A stretch of 64,000 nucleotides of DNA from Bacteroidales bacterium (GCA_007134525.1 SLKR01000034.1:204-64203); one strand, 5' to 3'; shown: positions 39,987 to 49,949, numbered from the stretch's first letter. The notes: a model not told the origin generated them from the letters alone. Translations and numbers: made by a program.

Positions 39987-40940
39987 ATGGACCAACGATC
40001 TTCCTGGGGCTATTTTTTACTGACACTTAGGGGTATGGCCATGGGGGCCGTCGACGTTATTCCCGGGGTGTCTGGTGGTACAATAGCACTTATTACAGGT
40101 ATATACGAGGAGCTGATCCGGAGCATAAGATCCATTAATGCAGGCCTTTTAAAACTGCTTTTCAAAAAGGGGCCTAAGGCAGCATGGGAAAGGGTTAACG
40201 GCAACTTTCTTATATCTGTCGTTGCCGGTATCCTGATAAGCATATTTTCACTGGCCAGGCTGCTTTCGTGGTTGTTTGACCATCATGCCATGATGGTATG
40301 GGCCTTCTTTTTCGGGCTCATCCTTGGCAGTGCCATCTACATCGGAGCAAGGATCAGGAAGTGGAATGCCGTGATGATAGTTTTTTTGGCCGCGGGTGCT
40401 TTTACGGCCTATTATATAACCATAGCAACTCCGTCAACCGGACCCGATACAATGTGGTACATTTTCCTGTCGGGAGGGATCGCCTTCTGCGCAATGGTGC
40501 TCCCGGGTGTTTCCGGCGCCTTTATACTGGTGCTCCTTGGAAAATACGAATACATGCTGAATGCTGTAAGCGAACTTAATTTTTCTGTGCTCGCACTTTT
40601 TGCCACCGGGGGAGTGCTGGGACTGATAGCCTTCTCCAATATTATCGGATGGTTTTTTAGCAGGTACCACAATGCAACACTTGCTCTTCTTACGGGATTT
40701 ATGGCCGGATCGCTGAACAAGTTATGGCCATGGAAGGAGGTTCTTGACACCCGTATCAGCAGTGCCGGGCAGGAGGTTCCCGTGCTTGAGAGAGGCATCA
40801 CCCCAATGAGGTATGCAGAGATTTACGGCCAGGACCCCCAGTTGTTGCCCGTTATTGGCTTCGCACTGGCGGGCCTTTGCCTAATTCTCGGGGTAATGGC
40901 GATTCAGGGGAATGGTGTCAGGAACCGGACCTTTTCTTAA
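39987..40940 (+). CDS. DUF368-family polytopic membrane protein (candidate polyprenyl-phosphate transporter family)
   Basis: MGAVDVIPGVSGGTIALITGIYEEL and a second LPGVSGAFILVLLGKYE repeat are typical of DUF368. The start is set at the internal ATG (MDQRSSW). Confidence 0.8.
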   Translation: MDQRSSWGYFLLTLRGMAMGAVDVIPGVSGGTIALITGIYEELIRSIRSINAGLLKLLFKKGPKAAWERVNGNFLISVVAGILISIFSLARLLSWLFDHHAMMVWAFFFGLILGSAIYIGARIRKWNAVMIVFLAAGAFTAYYITIATPSTGPDTMWYIFLSGGIAFCAMVLPGVSGAFILVLLGKYEYMLNAVSELNFSVLALFATGGVLGLIAFSNIIGWFFSRYHNATLALLTGFMAGSLNKLWPWKEVLDTRISSAGQEVPVLERGITPMRYAEIYGQDPQLLPVIGFALAGLCLILGVMAIQGNGVRNRTFS

Positions 40941-41379
40941 GATCCCATACATACAGGAACAGGGAAGTGAAAAATATCCCGAACACTATGCCTACATAGG
41001 GGTTAGCCCCCTCAACAGGTTCGATTGTCGCCCTGTATATACCAAAAAACAGGGCCGACAGCCCGGCCATAAGCATAAAAAAGAACAGAAACTGGTCAAA
41101 GGCTTTCTCAAATCGGCTGCGGACGGGGGCTGCTGTATTCCCTGGCCTGTAATAGACCCTTCTGCTGTAGGTGCCGAGCTGCAGCCTCAGGTCGTACATC
41201 CGTCTTTTATCAGTGTTGGTCAGAACCTGATAGGCCTCATTTACCAGTTGAAAGTCCTTCTTGGCCCGCCCTGACCTGTTGACATCAGGATGGAGTTGCT
41301 TTGCCCTGGTACGGAAAGCCCTCCTTATGGATGCCGTGTCAGCATTGCGTGACACACCTAAAACTTCATAATAGTTCAT
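40918..41379 (-). CDS. J-domain protein with C-terminal transmembrane helices
   Basis: MNYYEVLGVSRNADTASIRRAFRTRAKQLHPDVN contains the HPD motif. The C-terminal hydrophobic segments are FLFFFMLMAGLSALFFGIY and IVFGIFFTSLFLYVW. The start is set at the internal ATG 41379. Confidence 0.75.
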   Translation of the reverse strand: MNYYEVLGVSRNADTASIRRAFRTRAKQLHPDVNRSGRAKKDFQLVNEAYQVLTNTDKRRMYDLRLQLGTYSRRVYYRPGNTAAPVRSRFEKAFDQFLFFFMLMAGLSALFFGIYRATIEPVEGANPYVGIVFGIFFTSLFLYVWDLKKRSGS

Positions 41380-41541
41380 ACCTGGCTGCAGGACATATCT
41401 TACCGAAATTACATTATCACGGGTACAAATACAAGGAAGAATGGTTTTTTTGAACAATTCTCTTGCCTGATATAAAAAAAATACCGTACTTTGCACTCCT
41501 TAAAAAAGTCATTGGGTTCTCACAAGAAAAAAAATATAGAA

Positions 41542-41778
41542 ATGTCACGTATTTGCCAGATAACAGGAAAAAGACCGATCACGGGACATCGCGTGTCGCA
41601 TTCAAATATAAAAACCAACAGGTGGTTTTATCCAAATATCAAAACTAAGAAGTTTTATATCCCTGAAGAAGACCGCTGGATAAGCCTGAAAGTGTCGACA
41701 AAGGGTATTCGCACCATTAACAAGAAAGGCATCTACGCCTGCCTTCAGGAAGCGCGTAAAAAAGGATTTATTAAATAG
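41542..41778 (+). CDS. rpmB: 50S ribosomal protein L28
   Basis: [33 protein letters not shown]... is a canonical bL28 sequence. The start is the internal ATG of track ORF 41491..41778. Confidence 0.92.
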   Translation: MSRICQITGKRPITGHRVSHSNIKTNRWFYPNIKTKKFYIPEEDRWISLKVSTKGIRTINKKGIYACLQEARKKGFIK

Positions 41779-41801
41779 GTAATTACTGGTTTTGGGATAG
41801 A

Positions 41802-41838
41802 AGAGCTGCCGCATTTGCTTGGGGCAGCTCTTTGTTTA
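41802..41838 (+). terminator. Rho-independent terminator after rpmB
   Basis: The stem AGAGCTGCC (41802-41810) pairs with GGCAGCTCT (41823-41831) and is followed by TTGTTTAT. Confidence 0.6.
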
Positions 41839-41901
41839 TAAATGTTAAAGAGTTCGCCTTTTATTTACTAATTATTACCTTTATGCGAAAATAACTTGTT
41901 T

Positions 41902-42555
41902 ATGCGTTCAGGAGCCCTGATTACAATTTTTGCATTGATAGCGGCGCTGGCATGGCTCTCATTACCAAACAGGACAAATGCCCAGATACCGCAAAGGCGG
42001 GTTATACAATTTTCGGGCCTTGTACTTACAGGCGACAGCCTCAAACCTCTGCCATTTGCCTCCGTCTGGGTGAAGGGTTCACGCAGGGGCACCACTACCG
42101 ACTACTACGGTTTTTTCTCTATACCTGTATATGAGAATGATACACTTCGCTTCTCTTCGGTAGGATATCGGGATGCATACTATGCCGTACCCGACACCCT
42201 TACCAGGCCGAGGTATTCAGCCGTGCAGATGATGACCAAAGATACAATATACCTTGCAGAGACCGTTGTTTACCCGTGGCCTACCCGCGAACAGTTCAGG
42301 CTCGCCTTTATACATGCTGATGTTCCGTCGGATGACTACGACAGGGCAATGCGTAACCTTGCCCGTGCAGAGATGCGCGAGAGGTTTGAGCAAATGCCAA
42401 TGGACGGGGCCATGAACTACAGGCATTATGTAAACCAGCACTCAGAAAGGCTCTATTATGCAGGCCAGGCACCACCCATAAGGTTATTTGACCCCTTCGC
42501 ATGGGCCGAGTTCATACAGGCATGGAGGGACGGAAGGTTCAGGAGAAGTGATTGA
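41902..42555 (+). CDS. Exported protein with a CarboxypepD_reg-like (carboxypeptidase regulatory-like) domain
   Basis: The signal peptide is MRSGALITIFALIAALAWLSLPNRTNAQ. FSGLVLTGDSLKPLPFASVWVKGSRRGTTTDYYGFFSIPVYENDTLRFSSVGYRD resembles the N-terminal domain of the adjacent receptor. Confidence 0.6.
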   Translation: MRSGALITIFALIAALAWLSLPNRTNAQIPQRRVIQFSGLVLTGDSLKPLPFASVWVKGSRRGTTTDYYGFFSIPVYENDTLRFSSVGYRDAYYAVPDTLTRPRYSAVQMMTKDTIYLAETVVYPWPTREQFRLAFIHADVPSDDYDRAMRNLARAEMRERFEQMPMDGAMNYRHYVNQHSERLYYAGQAPPIRLFDPFAWAEFIQAWRDGRFRRSD

Positions 42556-42634
42556 GCTGGCATGTACAATATTTTCATGACCCTTCGTTTATTATTTATC
42601 AGCAAGAAGGCTATCAACACAATTTCAGGCTTAA

Positions 42635-45079
42635 GTGATAAATACCAGGTTATTTCTGTTTATACTGCTTCTGATACTGTCTGCCTCCACTGCAGCCCAA
42701 AGGGCAACAGTGGAGGGTTATATCAGAACGCCTGAGGACACACCCGTTGGTTTTGTAAACCTTGCCGTTGAAGGGACCGCCACAGGAACCACCAGCAACG
42801 ATGAAGGGTTTTTCCGCCTGGGGATACCCGCGGGCGAAGAGTTGTACCTGCTTATATCCCACCTTGGATTCAGGCCTGAAAGGATACAGGTTGAAGCTCA
42901 GGAAGGTGAAGTTGTCATACTTGAAATAACCCTGGAACCTCTGGTAACTGACCTTCCCGATATAGAGATAAGAGACAGGCAGGTGCTCGGGGGTGACCTG
43001 ATCAAGATTGACCCAAGGCATACCTCAGCGCTGCCGGGCCCGACAGCCGGGATAGAAGGTCTTATACATACCATGCCCGGTGTTTCGACTGCCACAGAGC
43101 TCTCATCGCAGTATTCGGTAAGGGGTGGCAGTTACGACGAAAACCTGGTTTATGTGAACGGCATAGAGATATACCGGCCCTTTTTGGTGCGTTCTGGCCA
43201 GCAGGAAGGCCTGAGCTTCCTCAACCCCGAAATGGTATCCTCAATAAACTTTTCGGCCGGGGGCTTCAATGCCGTTTATGGCGACAAGATGGCTTCAGTA
43301 CTGGATATTACATACAAAGAGCCCGAAGAGTTCTCAGGATCCTTTTCCATGAGCCTTCTAGAAGGTTCACTCCAGCTCGGGGGTATATCCGAAAACGGCC
43401 GCTTTTCATACCTTGCAGGGGTAAGGTACAAATCAAACCAGTATCTGCTAGGAACATTAGACACCCAGGGGGATTACCGACCCTCCTTTACCGACATACA
43501 GGCGCTGCTGAAGTACAGGATATCCGGCAATATATCACTGAGCCTGCTGGGCAATTTCAATGACAATAAGTTCCGTTTCCGGCCTGAGGTACAGCGTACA
43601 CGCTTCGGTACCATAACTGAGGTAAGGGAGTTTACAGTGTATTTCGACGGACAGGAGGTAAACCGCTTCACCACTGCAACTGCCGCCCTTTCTTTGGATT
43701 ACAGCCCACATGATGACCTGGACATACAACTTATTACAAGTTTGTTCCAGACGGATGAGAATGAGAACTTTGACATTCTGGGGCAGTACTGGCTGCACCG
43801 GGTGGAGACTGATTTCGGGGAGGATGATTTCGGGCAGCCCACAGGTGAGCCCCTCGGGGTAGGCACTTTCCTGAATCATGCCCGCAACTATCTTAACGCA
43901 ATAGTATTCAACGCGGAAACCAAAGGGAGCTGGCGGAACGAAAGCAATGAGTTGAGATGGGGCCTCAGGTTCAGGCACGAAGATATATTCGACAGGCTCA
44001 GTGAATGGAACATGATAGACTCGGCAGGCTATTCCCTGCCACAGCATCCCTCTGACGCAATTATCCTGCAGGACACACTAAGTACAAGGATAAACATGAA
44101 CTCAAACCGGATAGCTGCCTATTTGCAGAATACATGGGAGCTTGACAGGACTCACGGCAGGTACTCCTTCACTGCAGGGTTGAGGGCAAACTACTGGAGT
44201 TTCAACAATCAGCTTATCCTGAGCCCCAGGTCAACCTTACTTTATAAACCCCAATGGCTTGAAAGGTGGACCTTCAGGGCATCTGCCGGATATTATCACC
44301 AGCCGCCGTTCTACAGGGAGCTAAGGGATATGCAGGGGAGGCTGAACGAGGATATCAGGGCCCAGGAGTCCATACATCTGGTACTGGGATCCACTTACCA
44401 CTTTACAGCATGGGACAGACCATTCCAGTACAGTACCGAAGTTTACCACAAGATACTAAGCGACCTTATACCATACCAGCTTAACAACGTCAGGATACGT
44501 TATTATGCCGACAATATATCAAGCGGACATACAACAGGGCTCGATATGAAGATCCACGGTGAGTTCGTACCGGGGATAGATTCGTGGGCAAGCCTGTCTC
44601 TGATGCAGGCCCGCGAAAAAATCGAAGGATCCTATGTATTTAATGCAGAGGGCGAGAAGATACCGGCAGGATACATCCCGAGGCCAACAGACCAGAGGTT
44701 CAACTTCAGCATGTTTTTCCAGGACTTTCTCCCCCGCAATCCAAGATACCAGGTGCAGCTCGGTTTCTTTTACGGTACCGGCCTTCCTTTCTGGCCGCCT
44801 ACATCCGATCTGAATGTTGACAGCGGTCGTATGCCATCATACCAGCGTGTTGATATAGGTTTCTCAAAGCAACTGATAGGTGAGGCCACATCATTTGACG
44901 GATCAAACCCCCTGCGCCACTTTGAATCTATGTGGCTGACAGCCGAAATATTCAACCTTCTTGAGATAAACAATACAATCTCCTACTCATGGATAAAGGA
45001 TGTTCAGAACAATATGTTCGCCATCCCCAACTATCTCACTTCCCGCCTTATCAATATAAAGCTGATCGCACGCTTTTAA
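42635..45079 (+). CDS. TonB-dependent outer-membrane receptor with an N-terminal CarboxypepD_reg domain
   Basis: 814 aa with a GTG start and the signal peptide LFLFILLLILSASTAAQ. The plug-like region is SVRGGSYDENLVYVNGIEIYRP. The protein is rich in beta-strands and ends in the aromatic terminus KLIARF. Confidence 0.85.
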   Translation: MINTRLFLFILLLILSASTAAQRATVEGYIRTPEDTPVGFVNLAVEGTATGTTSNDEGFFRLGIPAGEELYLLISHLGFRPERIQVEAQEGEVVILEITLEPLVTDLPDIEIRDRQVLGGDLIKIDPRHTSALPGPTAGIEGLIHTMPGVSTATELSSQYSVRGGSYDENLVYVNGIEIYRPFLVRSGQQEGLSFLNPEMVSSINFSAGGFNAVYGDKMASVLDITYKEPEEFSGSFSMSLLEGSLQLGGISENGRFSYLAGVRYKSNQYLLGTLDTQGDYRPSFTDIQALLKYRISGNISLSLLGNFNDNKFRFRPEVQRTRFGTITEVREFTVYFDGQEVNRFTTATAALSLDYSPHDDLDIQLITSLFQTDENENFDILGQYWLHRVETDFGEDDFGQPTGEPLGVGTFLNHARNYLNAIVFNAETKGSWRNESNELRWGLRFRHEDIFDRLSEWNMIDSAGYSLPQHPSDAIILQDTLSTRINMNSNRIAAYLQNTWELDRTHGRYSFTAGLRANYWSFNNQLILSPRSTLLYKPQWLERWTFRASAGYYHQPPFYRELRDMQGRLNEDIRAQESIHLVLGSTYHFTAWDRPFQYSTEVYHKILSDLIPYQLNNVRIRYYADNISSGHTTGLDMKIHGEFVPGIDSWASLSLMQAREKIEGSYVFNAEGEKIPAGYIPRPTDQRFNFSMFFQDFLPRNPRYQVQLGFFYGTGLPFWPPTSDLNVDSGRMPSYQRVDIGFSKQLIGEATSFDGSNPLRHFESMWLTAEIFNLLEINNTISYSWIKDVQNNMFAIPNYLTSRLINIKLIARF

Positions 45080-45247
45080 CATCCCTGCCTTTTTGTCATT
45101 TTTATGTCAGCAGATTGGTGCTGCACTCCCCTTTCTTGTGCCATATTTTCAAAATTAAGGCCATTTAGGTTCAATGGCACAGTCATTGAACAGTGATAGT
45201 GAGAAAAAAGAACTCTGAAAAACAAACATACAAAAACAGATAAAACA

Positions 45248-47170
45248 ATGGGTAAAATTATTGGTATTGACTTAGGTACAACCAACTCATGTGTATCGGT
45301 AATGGAAGGGAATGAACCCGTGGTGATCCCAAACAGCGAAGGTCGCCGCACCACTCCCTCTATTGTCGCATTCACCGAAAACGGGGAAAGGAAAATAGGT
45401 GACCCTGCAAAGCGCCAGGCTATAATCAACCCTGAAAAGACTATCTACTCAATAAAACGTGTAATGGGTGAAACATACGATTCGGCCATAAAGGAGCGCG
45501 AAAGGGTTTCATATAAGATTGAAAAGGGAGAGAACAACACCCCAAGGGTAAAAATAGACGACCGGAACTATACACCCCAGGAGATATCGGCTATGATACT
45601 TCAGAAAATGAAGAAGACGGCCGAAGATTACCTCGGTCAGGAGGTTACCGATGCAGTAATTACCGTTCCGGCCTATTTTAATGACTCTCAGCGCCAGGCC
45701 ACAAAAGAGGCGGGGGAGATCGCCGGCCTGAAGGTTCGCCGCATTATCAACGAGCCAACAGCAGCATCGCTGGCATACGGCCTTGACAAAAAGGATAAGG
45801 ACATCAGGATTGCAGTGTTCGACCTCGGGGGTGGTACTTTTGACATCTCCATACTGGAACTGGGCGATGGCGTATTCGAGGTGAAGTCAACCAACGGCGA
45901 CACCCACCTCGGAGGTGACGACTTTGATGACGCAATTATAAACTGGCTTGCAGAAGAGTTTAAAAAGGATGAGGGTATTGACCTGAAGAAGGATCCGATG
46001 GCACTGCAGCGTCTTAAGGAAGCAGCCGAAAAGGCGAAGATAGAACTGTCAAGTGCTGCTTCAACCGAAATTAACCTGCCTTATATAATGCCGGTCGACG
46101 GTATTCCGAAACACCTTGTACGCACACTAACCCGCAGCCATTTTGAGAAACTGAGCGATAAACTAATACAGGCCACCCTCGAACCCTGCAAAACAGCGCT
46201 GAAGGAGGCAAAGATCTCATCATCCGATATAGATGAAGTTATCCTTGTAGGCGGTTCAACCCGTATACCTGCCATACAGGAGGTAGTTGAGAAGTTCTTC
46301 GGCAAAAAACCTTCAAAAGGGGTTAACCCGGATGAGGTGGTTGCTATCGGAGCTGCAATACAGGGCGGTGTACTGACAGGAGAGGTCAAGGATGTGCTCC
46401 TGTTAGACGTAACCCCGCTATCACTTGGTATTGAAACCCTTGGCGGAGTTATGACCAAGCTCATTGAAGCCAATACAACCATACCGACCAACAAGAAGGA
46501 GACATTCTCCACTGCCGCTGACAATCAGACCTCTGTTGAGATACATATCCTCCAGGGAGAGAGACCGATGGCAAAGGATAACAGGACCATAGGACGCTTC
46601 CACCTCGACGGAATACCACCGTCCCCGAGGGGAGTACCACAGATCGAAGTGACATTTGACATTGACGCCAACGGTATACTGAACGTGTCGGCAAAAGACA
46701 AGGCTTCGGGCAAATCGCAGAATATACGTATTGAAGCCTCCTCAGGGCTGAGTGAAGAGGAGATCAAAAAAATGAAGGCGGAAGCGGAGGCACATGCTGA
46801 AAGCGACAAAAAGCAGAAAGAAGAGATAGACAAGCTTAACCAGGCCGACACCCTTATATTCCAGACCGAGAAACAACTCAAGGAGTTCGGTGAAAAACTG
46901 CCTGCCGACAAAAAGGAGCCTATTGAAAAGGCGTTGGCAGATCTAAGGGAAGCCCACAAGAACAAGGACATTGCTGCAATTGATTCTTCTATGGGCGCTT
47001 TGAACACTGCATGGCAGGCCGCCAGCACCGAGATGTACCAGAACGCACAGGGCCAGGAACAGGCCGGAGGCGAGGCCGGGCAGGAAGGTGAAGGTCAGCA
47101 GCAACAGTCGTCCGGCAAGAAAGACGATGATGATGATGTAACCGATGTTGACTTTGAAGAGGTCAAATAG
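45248..47170 (+). CDS. dnaK: Molecular chaperone DnaK (Hsp70)
   Basis: [21 protein letters not shown]..., [12 protein letters not shown] and [14 protein letters not shown]. Confidence 0.98.
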   Translation: MGKIIGIDLGTTNSCVSVMEGNEPVVIPNSEGRRTTPSIVAFTENGERKIGDPAKRQAIINPEKTIYSIKRVMGETYDSAIKERERVSYKIEKGENNTPRVKIDDRNYTPQEISAMILQKMKKTAEDYLGQEVTDAVITVPAYFNDSQRQATKEAGEIAGLKVRRIINEPTAASLAYGLDKKDKDIRIAVFDLGGGTFDISILELGDGVFEVKSTNGDTHLGGDDFDDAIINWLAEEFKKDEGIDLKKDPMALQRLKEAAEKAKIELSSAASTEINLPYIMPVDGIPKHLVRTLTRSHFEKLSDKLIQATLEPCKTALKEAKISSSDIDEVILVGGSTRIPAIQEVVEKFFGKKPSKGVNPDEVVAIGAAIQGGVLTGEVKDVLLLDVTPLSLGIETLGGVMTKLIEANTTIPTNKKETFSTAADNQTSVEIHILQGERPMAKDNRTIGRFHLDGIPPSPRGVPQIEVTFDIDANGILNVSAKDKASGKSQNIRIEASSGLSEEEIKKMKAEAEAHAESDKKQKEEIDKLNQADTLIFQTEKQLKEFGEKLPADKKEPIEKALADLREAHKNKDIAAIDSSMGALNTAWQAASTEMYQNAQGQEQAGGEAGQEGEGQQQQSSGKKDDDDDVTDVDFEEVK

Positions 47171-47171
47171 A

Positions 47172-47714
47172 CTACTTCTTACGGTCAAAGAAGGGATTCT
47201 TTGACGAAGCACTCATGGGGATGCCGTAAATGATTTTGTAATCTTTACCGAGCAGCCCCATTTTTTTTGCTGCCAGCCCTATAGTGTACATAATACGGTT
47301 GTCTATCCTGCAGTCCATCGCAACACTAACGGCCGAGCCTATTGCTATGCCAAGATCACCCGTATTGAATGCACATGGAACATCCGGGTGCTTGTCCTTG
47401 ACGGCACAGTCTTTGAAACCGCACAGGCCGCAGGTTTTAAGGCCAATGGATTGTATTTTTGTGCCTACGAGCACGACTGCCTGGGCTGAGTTTTTTACAT
47501 TGCCGGCATCCCTAATAAAGATGTGATTATCTTCATCTTCGCCTATTTCAAGCATCTTTGAAGCAAGCGCCTGAATATCACTGCCGGTAAGAACTGAAAC
47601 TCCTATAGTATTCAGCCCCCTTGCCTTTGGAGCTGTGCGGGATGCAATTACCATCTGCTTTGCAACACTTAATACAGCATCCTGGCGCATTTCGTTCTCG
47701 TTTATTATAGCCAT
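47172..47714 (-). CDS. DUF2148-like (ferredoxin-domain-like) protein
   Basis: 180 aa. VIASRTAPKARG...CGLCGFKDCA resembles the DUF2148 family common in anaerobes. Recognised by eye only. Confidence 0.55.
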   Translation of the reverse strand: MAIINENEMRQDAVLSVAKQMVIASRTAPKARGLNTIGVSVLTGSDIQALASKMLEIGEDEDNHIFIRDAGNVKNSAQAVVLVGTKIQSIGLKTCGLCGFKDCAVKDKHPDVPCAFNTGDLGIAIGSAVSVAMDCRIDNRIMYTIGLAAKKMGLLGKDYKIIYGIPMSASSKNPFFDRKK

Positions 47715-47791
47715 GTCATTAAAGTTTTCATTCAGTAAACAATAGTTTTAACGATAATATGTGCGCAAAATAAACAAAAGCCCGGGAGAAT

Positions 47792-47828
47792 AAAAAAAAC
47801 CCGGCAGTTTTTATTTGCCGGGGGTTTT
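47792..47828 (-). terminator. Rho-independent terminator after the DnaB-like gene, with a bidirectional-looking hairpin
   Basis: CCCGGCA (47800-47806) pairs with TGCCGGG (47816-47822). An A8 run precedes the stem on the plus strand, which reads as T8 after the stem on the minus strand. Confidence 0.65.
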
Positions 47829-47832
47829 TGTG

Positions 47833-48732
47833 TCAGGAAAAATCGGTGAACTTTGCGATACTCTCAATGAACTTGAGCGGTACCACCATTTCTGCAGCCG
47901 GATCGGCCTTCCTCCTTATGAAAAGTTCAACCGCATGCCTGCTGGCGGATGCTTTTTTTACCGGAAATGCATCGTTGCGGTTAAGCAACATAAGCACATC
48001 CGAGTTGTCTTTCAGGAAGCCGGGCAGGTTTTCCAGTTTTGAGGTGTCTGCCGGGGCTGAACCATTCTGAAGTCCTGCCGATTGCGAGAACAGCAGCACG
48101 GGTAAGCCGAGTTCGCGTGCAACCTCAGCTACCTTCTTCAGTATTCTGGAAAGTTGATCGGGGCGGTCCTCGTCTTTTGAAACATCCGTGGTCATAAGTT
48201 CAAGGTAATCGACAATTACCAGATCAACTGCAGGAAGATGTTTAAGACCCCTGATCTTATTGCAGAACTCCTCAACACGCATTGCAGGTGTATCGTCGAT
48301 ATAGATCTTAGCTTTTGCAATATTGCTCAAAAGCGATAGCACATGATCCCTCTCACTTTCCTTTAGATCGTCCGACTGAAGCCTGCTGAGAGACATTCCC
48401 GTTTCGCTCTCAATAAGCCTGTTGGTCATTTTGATATTCGACCTTTCCGAAGAGAATATGGCAACGGAATAGTTTTCCTTCACTGCCATATTATTTGCCA
48501 GGGATAATAAAAATGCGGTTTTACCCATTCCGGGCTTAACCGCAATTGTATATATTTGTCCTTTCTGAAAACCCCCGAGTGCTTTGTCAAGCTCGCTGAA
48601 GCCTGATGAGACTCCGCCGGGTGTGAGGTTTTCTCCGAAGTTCTGGTTTAGGGTCCGGTTTACCAGGTCTCTGATCCTGGTAAACCGCAAACCCTCTGGT
48701 TGCTCTGTGATTTCCAAGGTGTTTGGGTCCAT
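47833..48732 (-). CDS. DnaB-like RecA-fold ATPase: a paralog of the DnaB C-terminal domain that lacks the N-terminal domain
   Basis: 299 aa. SGFSELDKALGGFQKGQIYTIAVKPGMGKTAFLLSLANNMAV...DLVIVDYLELM...FIESIAKFTDF aligns colinearly with residues ~200-500 of the dnaB product in this window (31059-32591). Confidence 0.75.
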   Translation of the reverse strand: MDPNTLEITEQPEGLRFTRIRDLVNRTLNQNFGENLTPGGVSSGFSELDKALGGFQKGQIYTIAVKPGMGKTAFLLSLANNMAVKENYSVAIFSSERSNIKMTNRLIESETGMSLSRLQSDDLKESERDHVLSLLSNIAKAKIYIDDTPAMRVEEFCNKIRGLKHLPAVDLVIVDYLELMTTDVSKDEDRPDQLSRILKKVAEVARELGLPVLLFSQSAGLQNGSAPADTSKLENLPGFLKDNSDVLMLLNRNDAFPVKKASASRHAVELFIRRKADPAAEMVVPLKFIESIAKFTDFS

Positions 48733-48860
48733 AATATTCAGGTTTTATTTTTATAACAAAGTTTTTTGCAGAACCGACAATATAAGGATTATTTTTTATA
48801 TAAGCAAAGCTTGAACCTTTTAAACAGACAAATGTTAAGCACATATACCTTATTTAACAA

Positions 48861-49745
48861 ATGATCCGATACTCAATAACAGACCTGGAAAAGCTCAGCG
48901 GGATCAAGGCCCACACCATAAGGATGTGGGAGAAGAGGCATGGTATAATATCTCCAAGCCGTACGGAAACCAACATCAGATACTACGACGACGAAGACCT
49001 TAAAAAGATACTGAACATAAGCACTCTCAACAGGTATGGCTTTAAGATATCCAGGATCGCCTGCATGGATGGGGAAACCATCAAGGAAAAGGTAAGGGAG
49101 ATCAGCGGAACCCACGGTGACCACGAAACCCTCATCAACAATCTTGTGGTATCTATGATTGATATGGATGATGATGTCTTCGTTCATAACTTTAATACGT
49201 CTGTGCTTAAGCTGGGGTTCGAGAAATGCATTACCCATGTTGTGTATCCATTCCTGGAGAAGGCAGGGATTCTCTGGCTGACAGGTACGATTAACCCGGC
49301 CCAGGAACACTTTATTACCAATCTTATACGTCAGAAGCTTATAGTCGCAATAGATGCACAGCCGGAACCAGCCAGATCCGGTGCAAAAACCTTCCTTTTA
49401 TTCCTGCCCGGTCAGGAGATGCATGAACTTGGCCTTCTTTTTTATAATTACCTGCTCAAAAAAAACAGGTTCAGGGTGATATACCTCGGGCAGTCGGTAC
49501 CCTTCGATGATGTGGTCAGGGTTGCGAAGTTCAGAAAAGCAGATTTTCTTCTGACCTATTTTGTTACCGCACTTAAACAAAAAGAGATAAGCCCTTACCT
49601 GAAGCGAATGTCAGATGCCCTGCCGGATAAAAAAATATTTGTAACGGGATTGCAGGTAGTAGAAAAAGATCTTAAGCTTCCGGTCAATGTGCAGGCAATC
49701 AAAAATACCGAAGAATTCAGTCCCGTTATTGAAAGACTTAAATAA
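48861..49745 (+). CDS. CarH/LitR-like MerR-family regulator with a C-terminal cobalamin-binding-type domain
   Basis: The MerR HTH is YSITDLEKLSGIKAHTIRMWEKRHGIISPSRTETNIRYY. A Wx9EH motif (WLTGTINPAQEH) is followed by PGQEMHELGLLFYNYLLKKNRFRVIYLGQSVP, which matches the ExHExG ... YLG signature of CarH-type B12-binding domains. Confidence 0.75.
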   Translation: MIRYSITDLEKLSGIKAHTIRMWEKRHGIISPSRTETNIRYYDDEDLKKILNISTLNRYGFKISRIACMDGETIKEKVREISGTHGDHETLINNLVVSMIDMDDDVFVHNFNTSVLKLGFEKCITHVVYPFLEKAGILWLTGTINPAQEHFITNLIRQKLIVAIDAQPEPARSGAKTFLLFLPGQEMHELGLLFYNYLLKKNRFRVIYLGQSVPFDDVVRVAKFRKADFLLTYFVTALKQKEISPYLKRMSDALPDKKIFVTGLQVVEKDLKLPVNVQAIKNTEEFSPVIERLK

Positions 49746-49809
49746 CCTCCCCCTTTTCAGGCACTGCAACACCTAATTTTACAACACCTCCAGGAATTTA
49801 ACATTAGTT

Positions 49810-49827
49810 ATACAAGAATACTTGTAT
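49810..49827. promoter_or_regulatory. Inverted repeat ATACAAG-N4-CTTGTAT, a candidate operator
   Basis: It has perfect 7-bp arms and lies in the AT-rich 255-bp intergenic region between the CarH-like gene and the sigma factor gene. The half-site CTTGTAT recurs at 49927-49933. Confidence 0.3.
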
Positions 49828-49949
49828 TTAAGCACTCACTTGCTTAATTTTACCCTACAAAGCAAGTTTTTGAGGGAATCAACTACCTATAACAGTCAAC
49901 ATGTTTTGTTAAAAAGACTTAAAACGCTTGTATTATAATTTTTTTTGTT

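Noticed and set aside
46525-47028. A 167-aa ORF antisense to the dnaK C-terminal region
   Set aside because: Long antisense frames opposite hsp70 genes are a well-known by-product of codon bias. This one is low-complexity (Ser/Leu/Ala-rich) and has no promoter or terminator context.
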